Part shown: piece after piece, positions 14,731-23,784 of the stretch
Position numbering within the stretch: the first letter of the stretch is position 1
How the letters are laid out: each line of letters starts with the position of its first letter
Origin: a virus
Lineage: Duplodnaviria > Caudoviricetes
Length of the DNA: 39,687 nucleotides
IMG/VR virus record: IMGVR_UViG_3300017747_002332
Location: 1-39,687 of that record
Reading direction: 5' to 3' (one strand)
The notes under the pieces: model-generated
The model's input: only the letters and a program-made list of their open reading frames with translations
The model's database searches: none
What the model was told of the DNA's origin: nothing
Position numbers and translations under genes: made by a program

Positions 14731-16399
14731 GCCTTTGACTGTCGCATTGCTACAAGCGATGCAAGAACGATTTGATGTACAGATAGATGGTAGTGAGTTT
14801 GGTTCAGTAGCAAGTCCTATTGATGGGCATGAGATGGATTACAAGAGGTGGTTAAAGCGTTATGCTCCTCATGCTGCATCTGCACCACTTGCTAAACACC
14901 ATATACGTGCGTGGGAATGGGCTGAGTCTATTGAGGCTAAGAATCCGCCACCTGCCCTTATTGAGTGTTGGTTTCGTGGTGGTGGTAAGTCTACTACGAT
15001 GGAACTTATCTCCAGTCGTATTGCAGTCAAGGCTACTAGACGATTCTTGTTATACGTGTGTTCAACACAGGATGCTGCTAACCGTCACGTCGCCGATATT
15101 GCTAACACGATGGAGAAATGTGGTATCCAGCGAGCCATCAATAAATACGGTTATTCCAAGGGTTGGAATGCTGAGAAACTACGTACTGCTAATGGATTTA
15201 ATATCCTAGCCTTTGGACTTGATACCGGCGCACGTGGTGTCAAGCTTGATAACCTTCGCCCTGACATGATTATCCTCGACGATATTGATGAGTTGGATGA
15301 CTCTGTCAATAGAGTTGAGAAGAAGGTGCAGACTATTACTCAGACTATTCTCCCTGCGAAGAGTACTGATTGTGCGATTGTCTTTGTCCAGAACAGGATT
15401 CACGCTAACTCAGTTATGAGTCGTGTTCTAAGTGGTGAGTTAGATATGTTACAGAACAGAATCCAATCACCAATTGTTCCAGCGATTGAGAACCTAGAGT
15501 ATCAACCTGTTGAGAAGGAAGATGGTCGTACTGGATATAAGATTACTAGTGGTACAGCGAACTGGGAGCATAAGTCTATTGAAGTCTGTCAACGTGAGAT
15601 TGATGACTTTGGAATCATTGCATTCCTTCGAGAGTGTCAGCACGAAGTAGGTGTTGGTGGACGCTTCTTTGGTGACTTCAAAGAGTATGGTCCTGATGGT
15701 GACCCTTGGCACGTTGTTGATGCCGTTGAGTTACAGCCTTGGTGGCGTTACTGGGCAAGCCACGACTTTGGTACTGGTAGTCCAGCTGCATTCATTCTCT
15801 ACGCTAGTGATGAGAAAGAGAACATCTACGCTATTGGAGAGTTCTATGAAGCAGGTCATGTATCATCTAAACAGGCTGATAACGCACTTCTCCTGTTGGA
15901 GAAATTCAAGTTGGGTGAGGCTAATGACAGACGGTTCAAAGAAGGTAAGTGGAATACGAAGTTAGAGGCTATTGCTTTTGACTGGGCTAATACATTTCCT
16001 CCTGAGAATCCTGCACAACGTATTGGTGAGTATCCTGTTGAGATTTGGTGGAAGAAGGGATTGCCTTGTGTAAGGGCGGTCAAAGACCGTAAAGCAGGAT
16101 GGCGTAGGGTAAAGGAATGGTTGATTGCCACTAGAGTAGATGGTGACAAGATAAAGCCTAAGTTACGTATTGTGCGTGATGCTTGCCCTAACCTAATACG
16201 TGAGTTGAATAACACTATGGCTGACCCTAGAGACCCTGAAGATATTGATGGTGGTACTCGTAGTGACCACGCAATTGACTCCTTTAGGTATGGCTTGATG
16301 TGGCGTGAGTATCCGGTGAAATGTCCTGAGACTACAGATATGCAGACGTGGAAGCCTTTATGGGCAGATGATGGTTACGGAAGAAAAGACTACTTGTGA
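14657..16399 (+). CDS. terL: Terminase large subunit
   Basis: Walker A RGGGKST, Walker B IILDD, nuclease motifs SHDFG and DHAIDSFRY. Confidence 0.92.
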   Translation: MMAQKSQVNTRITPKALKKFIRPNKPLTVALLQAMQERFDVQIDGSEFGSVASPIDGHEMDYKRWLKRYAPHAASAPLAKHHIRAWEWAESIEAKNPPPALIECWFRGGGKSTTMELISSRIAVKATRRFLLYVCSTQDAANRHVADIANTMEKCGIQRAINKYGYSKGWNAEKLRTANGFNILAFGLDTGARGVKLDNLRPDMIILDDIDELDDSVNRVEKKVQTITQTILPAKSTDCAIVFVQNRIHANSVMSRVLSGELDMLQNRIQSPIVPAIENLEYQPVEKEDGRTGYKITSGTANWEHKSIEVCQREIDDFGIIAFLRECQHEVGVGGRFFGDFKEYGPDGDPWHVVDAVELQPWWRYWASHDFGTGSPAAFILYASDEKENIYAIGEFYEAGHVSSKQADNALLLLEKFKLGEANDRRFKEGKWNTKLEAIAFDWANTFPPENPAQRIGEYPVEIWWKKGLPCVRAVKDRKAGWRRVKEWLIATRVDGDKIKPKLRIVRDACPNLIRELNNTMADPRDPEDIDGGTRSDHAIDSFRYGLMWREYPVKCPETTDMQTWKPLWADDGYGRKDYL

Positions 16400-16536
16400 A
16401 ACCTATGAACATTTACTTTGGTACACTTGCACTTATAGTGAGTTGTGCGTGTGTGTATACTGCGTATGAATTACACTGTATACGTCGGAATATCCCTGTC
16501 AAAAAACAACAGGACGATAAGGATTGGTACATCTGA
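16396..16536 (+). CDS. Small membrane protein (46 aa)
   Basis: Own translation MKPMNIYFGTLALIVSCACVYTAYELHCIRRNIPVKKQQDDKDWYI; overlaps terL stop and portal ATG. Confidence 0.55.
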   Translation: MKPMNIYFGTLALIVSCACVYTAYELHCIRRNIPVKKQQDDKDWYI

Positions 16537-18767
16537 TGAGGCTTCCACTGCAACGCAAAAGGAATAAGAATACTGTAGGGATGGACGTTATGTCCGGGCT
16601 TGTCTCTTTTGCAGAGCAGAAGATGCAGGATGAGTCAGAACCTAAGGTTATGGCGTTTGAGAAACGTATGGTTCAAGGTATTCCTGGAGCAGCGGAACTC
16701 AAGAATGATGAGACTATCAATAACAATAACCTGACGATTGACAACAACTCCAATGAGTGGAAGGTATTACCTGAAGCACCAAACGAAGAGAAGCTTGAAG
16801 TAATCAAGTTCGTCAAAGGTCAGTTTGATATTGCTTATCGAGCAAGACAAGAAATGGAACTTGAGTGGGCTATGGCTATTGCCTTCTTTGAAGGACGGCA
16901 GTGGTTCCGTATCTCAAGCCAGACTCGTAACCTTATTCAGTTGCAGAATAAGGATGAGCCTAACCGTTACATCACAGTCAATAAGATGCGTCCTTTGATT
17001 GATGGTGTTGTAGGTAAGTTGACGCAAGTTGGTCCTGATGCACGAGCAGTACCGCTATCTCACACTCAAAGAGACTTACTTGCCTCGGATGAGGCAAACC
17101 ACATTTGTGGTCACTACAACCGTAAGTTTAGTCGTGAGACTCAGTTGAAGGAACGTGTTCGTTGGGCTTGTGTCTGCGGTACTTCCTACTTGAAGATTTA
17201 CTGGGATGCTAAGGGTGAACAGGTCATGCCTTACTTCTCTCCTGAGACAGGTGAGATTACAGGGTATGAGAACATTACGATTGGTGATGTCAAGGAAGAG
17301 ATTCTTCCAGCCTTTGATGTATTCCTAGACCCAACAGCGAAGCGTGATGCTGACGTTCGTTGGTTGATTCACGCATCCGCTAAACCACTCTCTTGGTTCG
17401 TAGACAACTACGGAGATATTGGCAAGTTGGTAAACCCTGATGCGTTGACAGGTAATAACGCTTCCTATATTGACTCATATCTTGAGGGTGGTAATGGTTC
17501 CGGTAACGGATGGGTTCCACCTAGTACGGCACGACTTGCACAGAGTGACTCTAAAAAACGTGCAGCAATTGTATATGAGTACTGGGAAAAACCGTCACAG
17601 CAGTATCCATCAGGGCGATACATAGTTAGCACTAACTCAGTACTGCTTCACGCTGGTCCTTGGTTGTACAAGAAGAAAGATGAGTTCCCATTCATCCCAC
17701 TACGTTGGCAACCTCGTTCAGGTACTCCTTATGGACACTCTCTAGGGTTTGACTTGTGTTCACTACAGCAGACGTATAACCGAGTGTACTCACGTATGCT
17801 TGAACAGTTTGAGCAACAGCGTGACTACGTTATGGTTCAGCGTCTATCGAATGTAGGTGCTGATGCGTTCAACCATAAGGGTGATGACTACTACGACGAG
17901 AGTAGGACGTACAAGAAGATTTACTACAACCCAGGTTCTGCGCCTCCAGTAGTATCTCGTGCGCCGGGTATTGGTGGTGACCTATTCCCTATGCTCCAGT
18001 ACATCGAGAAAGACATGATGGATATTGCTGGATTGCATGATGTATCGCAAGGTCAAGCACCTGCTGGTACACCTGCTGAGGCTGTCCAACTCCTTCAACG
18101 TGCTGATAACACACAGCATTCCTACGTACGTGCAGATATTGAGATATCAGCTGCCAAGATTAAAGAGTGGGAGATTGCTCTTGTAGAGCAGTTTGGTGTT
18201 GCTCCATTCATTGGTAATGTTGACCAAGAATCTAATCCTTACGAGAATATTGAGCAGGGTGTCATTACCTTTGACCATATTCGTAATGGTGGTCAGTATC
18301 GGATTGTCTACGTACCGGGGTCCAGTATGGAAGATAGCCCTGACCAGAAACTACAGAAGGTTTTGGCTATGCGTCAGATGGGATTGTTTGGTGACCCTGG
18401 TGACCCATCAACCAACAAGCTTGTTATTGGTATGCTCAACATACCTGAGACCTCTAAGATTATTCAGCACTTGAATGAGCAAGAAGAGGGTATGGCTCAA
18501 CAGGCTCTTATGATGCAACAACAGATGATGGAGCAACAACAGGTTGCTGCTGACTCTGTCAAACGGTTTGACCCTGAGGAGGCTCAGATGCTTTCTCAGT
18601 TGGATATACAGAAGATTCAGGCACAAGTCGCTGCTAAGACTGAGGCTGACCTTCTTAAGATGCGGGAGCGTTCACGCCTTACACAGGAGAACGATGCTGC
18701 AAAGGGAATAGTTGATATCTCAAAGGAAAAACTTAAGAATCAAATTATTCCAAGTGCCAACGGATAG
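16524..18767 (+). CDS. Portal protein (podovirus type)
   Basis: Position after terL, ~740 aa, FFEGRQW and FPFIP motifs, Gln-rich C-terminal barrel; likely start ATG 16536. Confidence 0.88.
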   Translation: MVHLMRLPLQRKRNKNTVGMDVMSGLVSFAEQKMQDESEPKVMAFEKRMVQGIPGAAELKNDETINNNNLTIDNNSNEWKVLPEAPNEEKLEVIKFVKGQFDIAYRARQEMELEWAMAIAFFEGRQWFRISSQTRNLIQLQNKDEPNRYITVNKMRPLIDGVVGKLTQVGPDARAVPLSHTQRDLLASDEANHICGHYNRKFSRETQLKERVRWACVCGTSYLKIYWDAKGEQVMPYFSPETGEITGYENITIGDVKEEILPAFDVFLDPTAKRDADVRWLIHASAKPLSWFVDNYGDIGKLVNPDALTGNNASYIDSYLEGGNGSGNGWVPPSTARLAQSDSKKRAAIVYEYWEKPSQQYPSGRYIVSTNSVLLHAGPWLYKKKDEFPFIPLRWQPRSGTPYGHSLGFDLCSLQQTYNRVYSRMLEQFEQQRDYVMVQRLSNVGADAFNHKGDDYYDESRTYKKIYYNPGSAPPVVSRAPGIGGDLFPMLQYIEKDMMDIAGLHDVSQGQAPAGTPAEAVQLLQRADNTQHSYVRADIEISAAKIKEWEIALVEQFGVAPFIGNVDQESNPYENIEQGVITFDHIRNGGQYRIVYVPGSSMEDSPDQKLQKVLAMRQMGLFGDPGDPSTNKLVIGMLNIPETSKIIQHLNEQEEGMAQQALMMQQQMMEQQQVAADSVKRFDPEEAQMLSQLDIQKIQAQVAAKTEADLLKMRERSRLTQENDAAKGIVDISKEKLKNQIIPSANG

Positions 18768-18800
18768 TTGGCAAGAACGTAAATAAGGAGTACGATACAT

Positions 18801-19634
18801 TTGTCAGACGAGATGATGATACCTACACCTGAGTCATCAACAGGTGCGTCAGACGGTTACGGCGTTGGTAACGCCATTTTGGACGCAGTTCGTGGAGCCG
18901 CCGACTACGATACTGTAAGCACAACAGGCGTTAACGATAGTGCTACGGTCCCAGTGGAGCAATCCACAAATGACGATGACTTCGGTTATCTGTCACAGCC
19001 AGTCAGCGATACTAAGGAACCTGGTCCTATCCCATACGATAGGTTTAGGGAAGTAAACGATAAGGCTAAGTCTTATTCAGAACGCTTGGACAAGTGGGCT
19101 GATGTTATTAGTCAGTTTGAACAGCAGGGATTTCAATCAGCTGCTGACTTACAGAAGGCTATTCAACAGCAACAGGTTCAGGCTCAAGAAGAGTCTATTA
19201 AACAGCGTTATCGTGAACTTGAATCTCAAGACTTAATAGACCCGGCTACTGCTCAACTACAGCTTGATGCTGAACTCCAGAAGTTCCGCTACGAACAGGC
19301 TATGGCTGAAGTCAGTCAGTTTATGGTTCAGCGAGAACGAGAACAAGCAGTCCAGATGTACCCGTTGGCACAGAAGGCAAACCATATGGTGGACAGTCTT
19401 GTGAATGCTGGCATTAAGCCATCAGACGCAGTACGGATGGTCCACGACCAAATCCAGAGTCTTCAACAATCACTAGTGCCAGAACTCACCAAACAGGTTG
19501 TTCAGGGTCAGCGTACTCCGACTCCACAATCTCAAGCAGGTTCAGCAGCTCCAGTGGTTGGTGGCACACAACAATCACCCCGTCGGATGGGTCTATCAGA
19601 ATTGATGGGCATCAACCGAAACAAAACAATGTAG
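18801..19634 (+). CDS. Capsid scaffolding protein (probable)
   Basis: IPYDRFREVN motif, coiled coil, located between portal and capsid genes; AAGGAG RBS with TTG start. Confidence 0.75.
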   Translation: MSDEMMIPTPESSTGASDGYGVGNAILDAVRGAADYDTVSTTGVNDSATVPVEQSTNDDDFGYLSQPVSDTKEPGPIPYDRFREVNDKAKSYSERLDKWADVISQFEQQGFQSAADLQKAIQQQQVQAQEESIKQRYRELESQDLIDPATAQLQLDAELQKFRYEQAMAEVSQFMVQREREQAVQMYPLAQKANHMVDSLVNAGIKPSDAVRMVHDQIQSLQQSLVPELTKQVVQGQRTPTPQSQAGSAAPVVGGTQQSPRRMGLSELMGINRNKTM

Positions 19635-19648
19635 GAAAGGCTAAGTAA

Positions 19649-20665
19649 ATGGCTATTGACTTTAACGGAGCCTTGACGCTTGCGGACCAAGCAGCTATTA
19701 GCAACGACCCTCTCGTCAAGGAAATCACAAAATCTCTTCACCAGACGTGGAATGCCCTTAAGGATATTCCTCTCTATACTTCTCCATCGCTCAAGCAGAT
19801 TGGTGTTCGTTACCTGAACTCAGGTATCCCTTCGCCAAACTGGACGGGTGTTAACTCTGAACCAGTTGCGGTTAAGGGACGACCAAAGTCTTACGAAGAG
19901 CAGATGTACCTTGTTCGTAACAAGATTCTTGTAGACCACGTTCTGCTTGACCAACCAACGAACATCATCGACCCGATTGAAGCTCAGGTTCAAATCTTCC
20001 TCGAGGGTTTTGCCTATGATTTCAATGACAAGTTCATTAACAACAATCCGCTTACGGGCAATATTGATTGTTTCCCTGGACTTGCTTACCGTATGGATAA
20101 CTTCAACGACTTCGATATCCCATCGGAAATGTCGTTGATTGCTCCTGATGCAGCACGTATTGACATTTCGGCTAGTACGACAAGTGCTACCGCTAATGCA
20201 TTCTTTGCTTATCTCCAGCAGTTGCTTGACAACATGAACTCCCCAGATGGAGATGGTGTTGTCTTGTATATGTCTGAGAAGGCAAAACGTTCTGTTGAGT
20301 TTGCAATCCGTACTATGGGAATTGGGGCTGGATTCGATGTCACTCGTGACTCGTTCGACCGCCCAGTTGAGAAGTACAAGAATGCAACCGTCCGTACAGT
20401 TGGTCGTAAGGCTGACGGTACTACGAGCGTAATCTCCGATACTCAGACAGCGTCTGGTATTACTGGTTCCGTTGCTTCCTCCATCTATGCAGTTCGTTAT
20501 GGAACTGGATATACGCAGGGATGGCAGAGTGGACCATTCAAGCCAACCTACCTTGGTCTTTCCAAGGAAAATGGCATTATGCACAACGTCGTATTCGACT
20601 GGGGTATTGGTTTGTGGATTCCACACACTCGTGCTGTTGGTCGCTTGTTCTGCCGAGTCGCATAA
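19649..20665 (+). CDS. Major capsid protein
   Basis: 338 aa after scaffold; HK97-like features (FPGL, LYMS, SSIYAVRYG, AVGRL). Confidence 0.85.
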   Translation: MAIDFNGALTLADQAAISNDPLVKEITKSLHQTWNALKDIPLYTSPSLKQIGVRYLNSGIPSPNWTGVNSEPVAVKGRPKSYEEQMYLVRNKILVDHVLLDQPTNIIDPIEAQVQIFLEGFAYDFNDKFINNNPLTGNIDCFPGLAYRMDNFNDFDIPSEMSLIAPDAARIDISASTTSATANAFFAYLQQLLDNMNSPDGDGVVLYMSEKAKRSVEFAIRTMGIGAGFDVTRDSFDRPVEKYKNATVRTVGRKADGTTSVISDTQTASGITGSVASSIYAVRYGTGYTQGWQSGPFKPTYLGLSKENGIMHNVVFDWGIGLWIPHTRAVGRLFCRVA

Positions 20666-20683
20666 TAGAAAGGAAGAAAAGAA

Positions 20684-21268
20684 ATGGCACGTGATAAGAA
20701 GGCTTCCTTCAAATTTACAACAGTTGCAAGTTATGCTTCAGCAAAACTTAAGCAAGATGCTTCTACTGATAAGTTGGCAACAACTATCACTATGACAGGC
20801 TATGCTGGAACGACTCAGGTTTATGGTGCTTCGGATGTATTCTCTAGCCCTAACATGATTCTTGCTGCAGCAGCAGACTTTGCTTCTCAGGCAGATACCG
20901 CTGCAAGTGGTGCAGGTGTACTCCCTGGAATCAATGGACAAAATCAAGACCTGTTCGTAAAGGTTGTTTATACAACTGCTGGTACGCTTACCAATATTGG
21001 TACTGCTGTATTTAAGGTCGTTGGTTCTGATGCTAGTACGGTTGCTACTGCTGGAAACCTCAGTAGTAGTCCTGCTGACATTTCTCCAGCTGTAGTTGTG
21101 AATAAGACTGCGGGAACATATGTTACATATATTCCTGTTATGTCTGCAAAGCCATACTGGCAGTTGCAGTTCACAACTCTTACGTCGGCTACGACCACTG
21201 ACACTGGAACTATTGCTGTTGCAATGGCTGCACTCGTCAATGGACGTGACGGCTCAGTTAGCCTCTAA
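20684..21268 (+). CDS. Capsid decoration/cement protein (probable)
   Basis: Ala/Thr-rich beta protein directly after the capsid gene, strong RBS. Confidence 0.55.
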   Translation: MARDKKASFKFTTVASYASAKLKQDASTDKLATTITMTGYAGTTQVYGASDVFSSPNMILAAAADFASQADTAASGAGVLPGINGQNQDLFVKVVYTTAGTLTNIGTAVFKVVGSDASTVATAGNLSSSPADISPAVVVNKTAGTYVTYIPVMSAKPYWQLQFTTLTSATTTDTGTIAVAMAALVNGRDGSVSL

Positions 21269-21286
21269 TTAGACTAAGGTAACGAG

Positions 21287-21928
21287 ATGACACTAGGTGA
21301 AATCAAACAAAAGGTCAGGATGATAGGCTTGCACCACTTTGGTAGCAAGCAAGACCTTGACCCATTTGGACTTGAATACCTAGTGTTGGAATCTGCCAAT
21401 CAGATAGCCCGTAAAACAGACTGTTTGTTTGGCAGACGTTACCTAGACTTAGAGGATGGTGTAGACGAATACTGTTCCCCTGATATGTATCGTATTAGGG
21501 GAGTATTCAAGTGGGAAGACAACGAGTACCGACGGCTACGGTTATTAGACTTTGCTGACAGGCAAGTAGACCGCTACAGGACTCAAGGTGACGCTGTTAT
21601 TGACGCTTGCATACTTTATGCAACGAATAGACTCAGGTTCCTCCCTACGCCAATCTCTAGTGTTACAAACGGCGTGATGATTGAAGGTTACTGTCAACCT
21701 GGAATGATATGGCAGTACGATACGAACGGTAATGCAGTACCTCTAGCAGATGACCAAGAGTGTCCATTACCAGATTCAGCACACGACTGTCTTGTTTATG
21801 GTGTCCTTTACGCTCGTGCTATGCAGATGAAGGATAATCAAGTACTTGCTATATACAAGGCAGAATACTTAGATAGACTTGGTATGGTTGAATCCAACTC
21901 TGCTATCTATGGTCGAAGGACAGTTTAA
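21287..21928 (+). CDS. Head-tail adaptor / ring protein 1
   Basis: MTLGEIKQKVR N-terminus, LRFLPTP, PLPDSAHDCLVYG. Confidence 0.7.
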   Translation: MTLGEIKQKVRMIGLHHFGSKQDLDPFGLEYLVLESANQIARKTDCLFGRRYLDLEDGVDEYCSPDMYRIRGVFKWEDNEYRRLRLLDFADRQVDRYRTQGDAVIDACILYATNRLRFLPTPISSVTNGVMIEGYCQPGMIWQYDTNGNAVPLADDQECPLPDSAHDCLVYGVLYARAMQMKDNQVLAIYKAEYLDRLGMVESNSAIYGRRTV

Positions 21929-22668
21929 TGGCAACTCTGACTACACTTACATCAGAGGTTATTCGCCTCTTGAACGAAGCAACTGATTCCTCAGTAGGTG
22001 AAGTTGGCAACGGTTCAGGCACTGTCTCTACAACGACTAGTCAAACGATTGAGGCTTATCTAAACGAAGCCATTAAAGAAACGTGTAGGACTTGTATATA
22101 CGTTCCAGCAAAAGGAACAGTTACTCAGTCCAATCCTATTATCAACCTGTCTAGCATTAGCCTAGACTCAGCCTACGTACCTACTGACGCTTCAACGGTG
22201 AATGACGCTAGTAGTATGTGGTTTCCTCTTACTGTCCAATCTGGGCTTACAAACCTAGTCCACTGTAGTGAACCTACCCTAAGGGCATATGACCCCACGT
22301 TCGAGACTACAGCAGCTGGTACGCCTAAGTATTGGTATCGCTCTGGTGATTACCAGATAAGGATTTATCCTGCTCCATCAGCATCTACTACGTTTACTGT
22401 TTATGGTTGTGGCACGTTAGGTGATATTGGTGCTACGTCTGTTACGGTTATTCCTGATGACTTGCAGTTAAAGATGTGGGCTAGTTACGCTGCCTACAAG
22501 TTGGCATTGAAGAATACGGATGACCCATCTGTTGCTCAACGTGCCTTCTGGGGAAATTGGTACAACGAGACTCGTATGAGGTTGTGGTCTCAACTTGATA
22601 CATTCTTGCGTATGCCGGGTTCTCCATTTGCAATCCCTCCCGTAACAGGTGGTTCTGATGGAAATTAA
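21928..22668 (+). CDS. Head-tail adaptor / ring protein 2
   Basis: TLTTLTSEVIRLLNE, YLNEA, GTPKYWY, IRIYPAP, IPDD motifs. Confidence 0.7.
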   Translation: MATLTTLTSEVIRLLNEATDSSVGEVGNGSGTVSTTTSQTIEAYLNEAIKETCRTCIYVPAKGTVTQSNPIINLSSISLDSAYVPTDASTVNDASSMWFPLTVQSGLTNLVHCSEPTLRAYDPTFETTAAGTPKYWYRSGDYQIRIYPAPSASTTFTVYGCGTLGDIGATSVTVIPDDLQLKMWASYAAYKLALKNTDDPSVAQRAFWGNWYNETRMRLWSQLDTFLRMPGSPFAIPPVTGGSDGN

Positions 22669-22927
22669 GGATATTGGTATAGTCTTACTGACTGTATTTC
22701 TAGGTGCTGTTTCATCCTTCTTGGGTGCATCATTTACGTTTGTTCGTAAGGTAGACAAGCTTGAGATTATGCTCGCTAACCTTACTACTCAGAGTGAGAC
22801 GCAGTATAAAGACCTTAAGGGCAGTATTCAGGATATGCGGGTAGAGATTGTACGATTGGATAAAGAACTCCAGAGTGTCAAGGAACGACTGAGAGTCCTG
22901 GAAGAGAAGACTAAAACAGTACGATGA
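22658..22927 (+). CDS. Membrane-anchored coiled-coil protein (holin/XhlA-like)
   Basis: One TM segment followed by heptad repeats ending RLRVLEE. Confidence 0.6.
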   Translation: MEIKDIGIVLLTVFLGAVSSFLGASFTFVRKVDKLEIMLANLTTQSETQYKDLKGSIQDMRVEIVRLDKELQSVKERLRVLEEKTKTVR

Positions 22928-23259
22928 GCATAGCGTGGGTTCGTTTGGTATGGATTGCACTTGGTGCTTTTATGGCTAGTGCTGGTCCCGCTTTCAATAT
23001 GGAGTGGGAAGCAAGGCACATACCAGACACCGCCACATTTGGTTATGTTATGAAGGTACTTACGCTTTGTGGAGTTGAAGGAGTACGTGCAGGGATACCT
23101 GCACTGATTACAGCGGTAATCGCTTTCTTTGTGCGTCAGGATTCTGATGCTAAAGCGTTTCAGTTAGTCTCTCAAAGGGATGTTGTGTTACAACAGATAC
23201 GAGAGAACACACCTAGTGATATGGTTATCAAGAGAGCATCTAAGGAGGAAATGTTATGA
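22924..23259 (+). CDS. Holin-like membrane protein
   Basis: Two hydrophobic segments and a charged C-terminus. Confidence 0.55.
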   Translation: MSIAWVRLVWIALGAFMASAGPAFNMEWEARHIPDTATFGYVMKVLTLCGVEGVRAGIPALITAVIAFFVRQDSDAKAFQLVSQRDVVLQQIRENTPSDMVIKRASKEEML

Positions 23260-23438
23260 GTTGGCTAAGTAAGTTTCTAAAGAAGAACGCTAACGTGCCT
23301 GAGGTAAAGATTCCTTTTGGTGAGATGCTGTTGGTTAATCAGGTCATTGAGCATATCGGCTTCCTGTCTACGTCCGACCTTGAAAAGGTACGTAATGTGG
23401 TCATGCTTGCTATTGATGCAAGGAAGGTGAAGAAGTGA
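23256..23438 (+). CDS. Hypothetical protein
   Basis: 60-aa ORF, AAGGAGG RBS. Confidence 0.7.
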   Translation: MSWLSKFLKKNANVPEVKIPFGEMLLVNQVIEHIGFLSTSDLEKVRNVVMLAIDARKVKK

Positions 23439-23560
23439 TGGCACTGTACGGAAGCAAGGCTGTAGCGGCTGGTGTCTCCGCTGCGGTGAGCAGTGTGCTG
23501 GCGTTCTTGACGATGCCTTTTAAGGGGACAGATATGAACGCTTTGAAGGTGGGCAAATGA
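23438..23560 (+). pseudogene. 40-aa C-terminal remnant of a holin-like gene
   Basis: VMALYGSKAVAAGVSAAVSSVLAFL aligns without gaps to VLTLCGVEGVRAGIPALITAVIAFF of 22924-23259. Confidence 0.55.
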
Positions 23561-23784
23561 ATCTGCAGAACTTCCGGATTGAAAAGGAACCTGCACCGTC
23601 AACCGACTGGCGTGTATTTGGTGACATCGAGGACGATGCCGGTAATATCCTCGGCACGTTCGGTGTTGATGGTACTTCAGTCAATCAATGGTGGGTGACG
23701 CAGGATGAGCAGTTTCAGGCTGGTATCGTCAATCAATTTGCGGTGATTATGGCTCAACAGATTATCAGTGGGGATGCCGAATAA
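23557..23784 (+). CDS. Tailspike-associated small protein, copy 1
   Basis: 75 aa, near-identical to 25790-26017. Confidence 0.85.
   Translation: MNLQNFRIEKEPAPSTDWRVFGDIEDDAGNILGTFGVDGTSVNQWWVTQDEQFQAGIVNQFAVIMAQQIISGDAE

Noticed and set aside
19820-20626. 268-aa antisense ORF within the capsid gene
   Set aside because: A typical shadow ORF from codon bias; no RBS or motifs.
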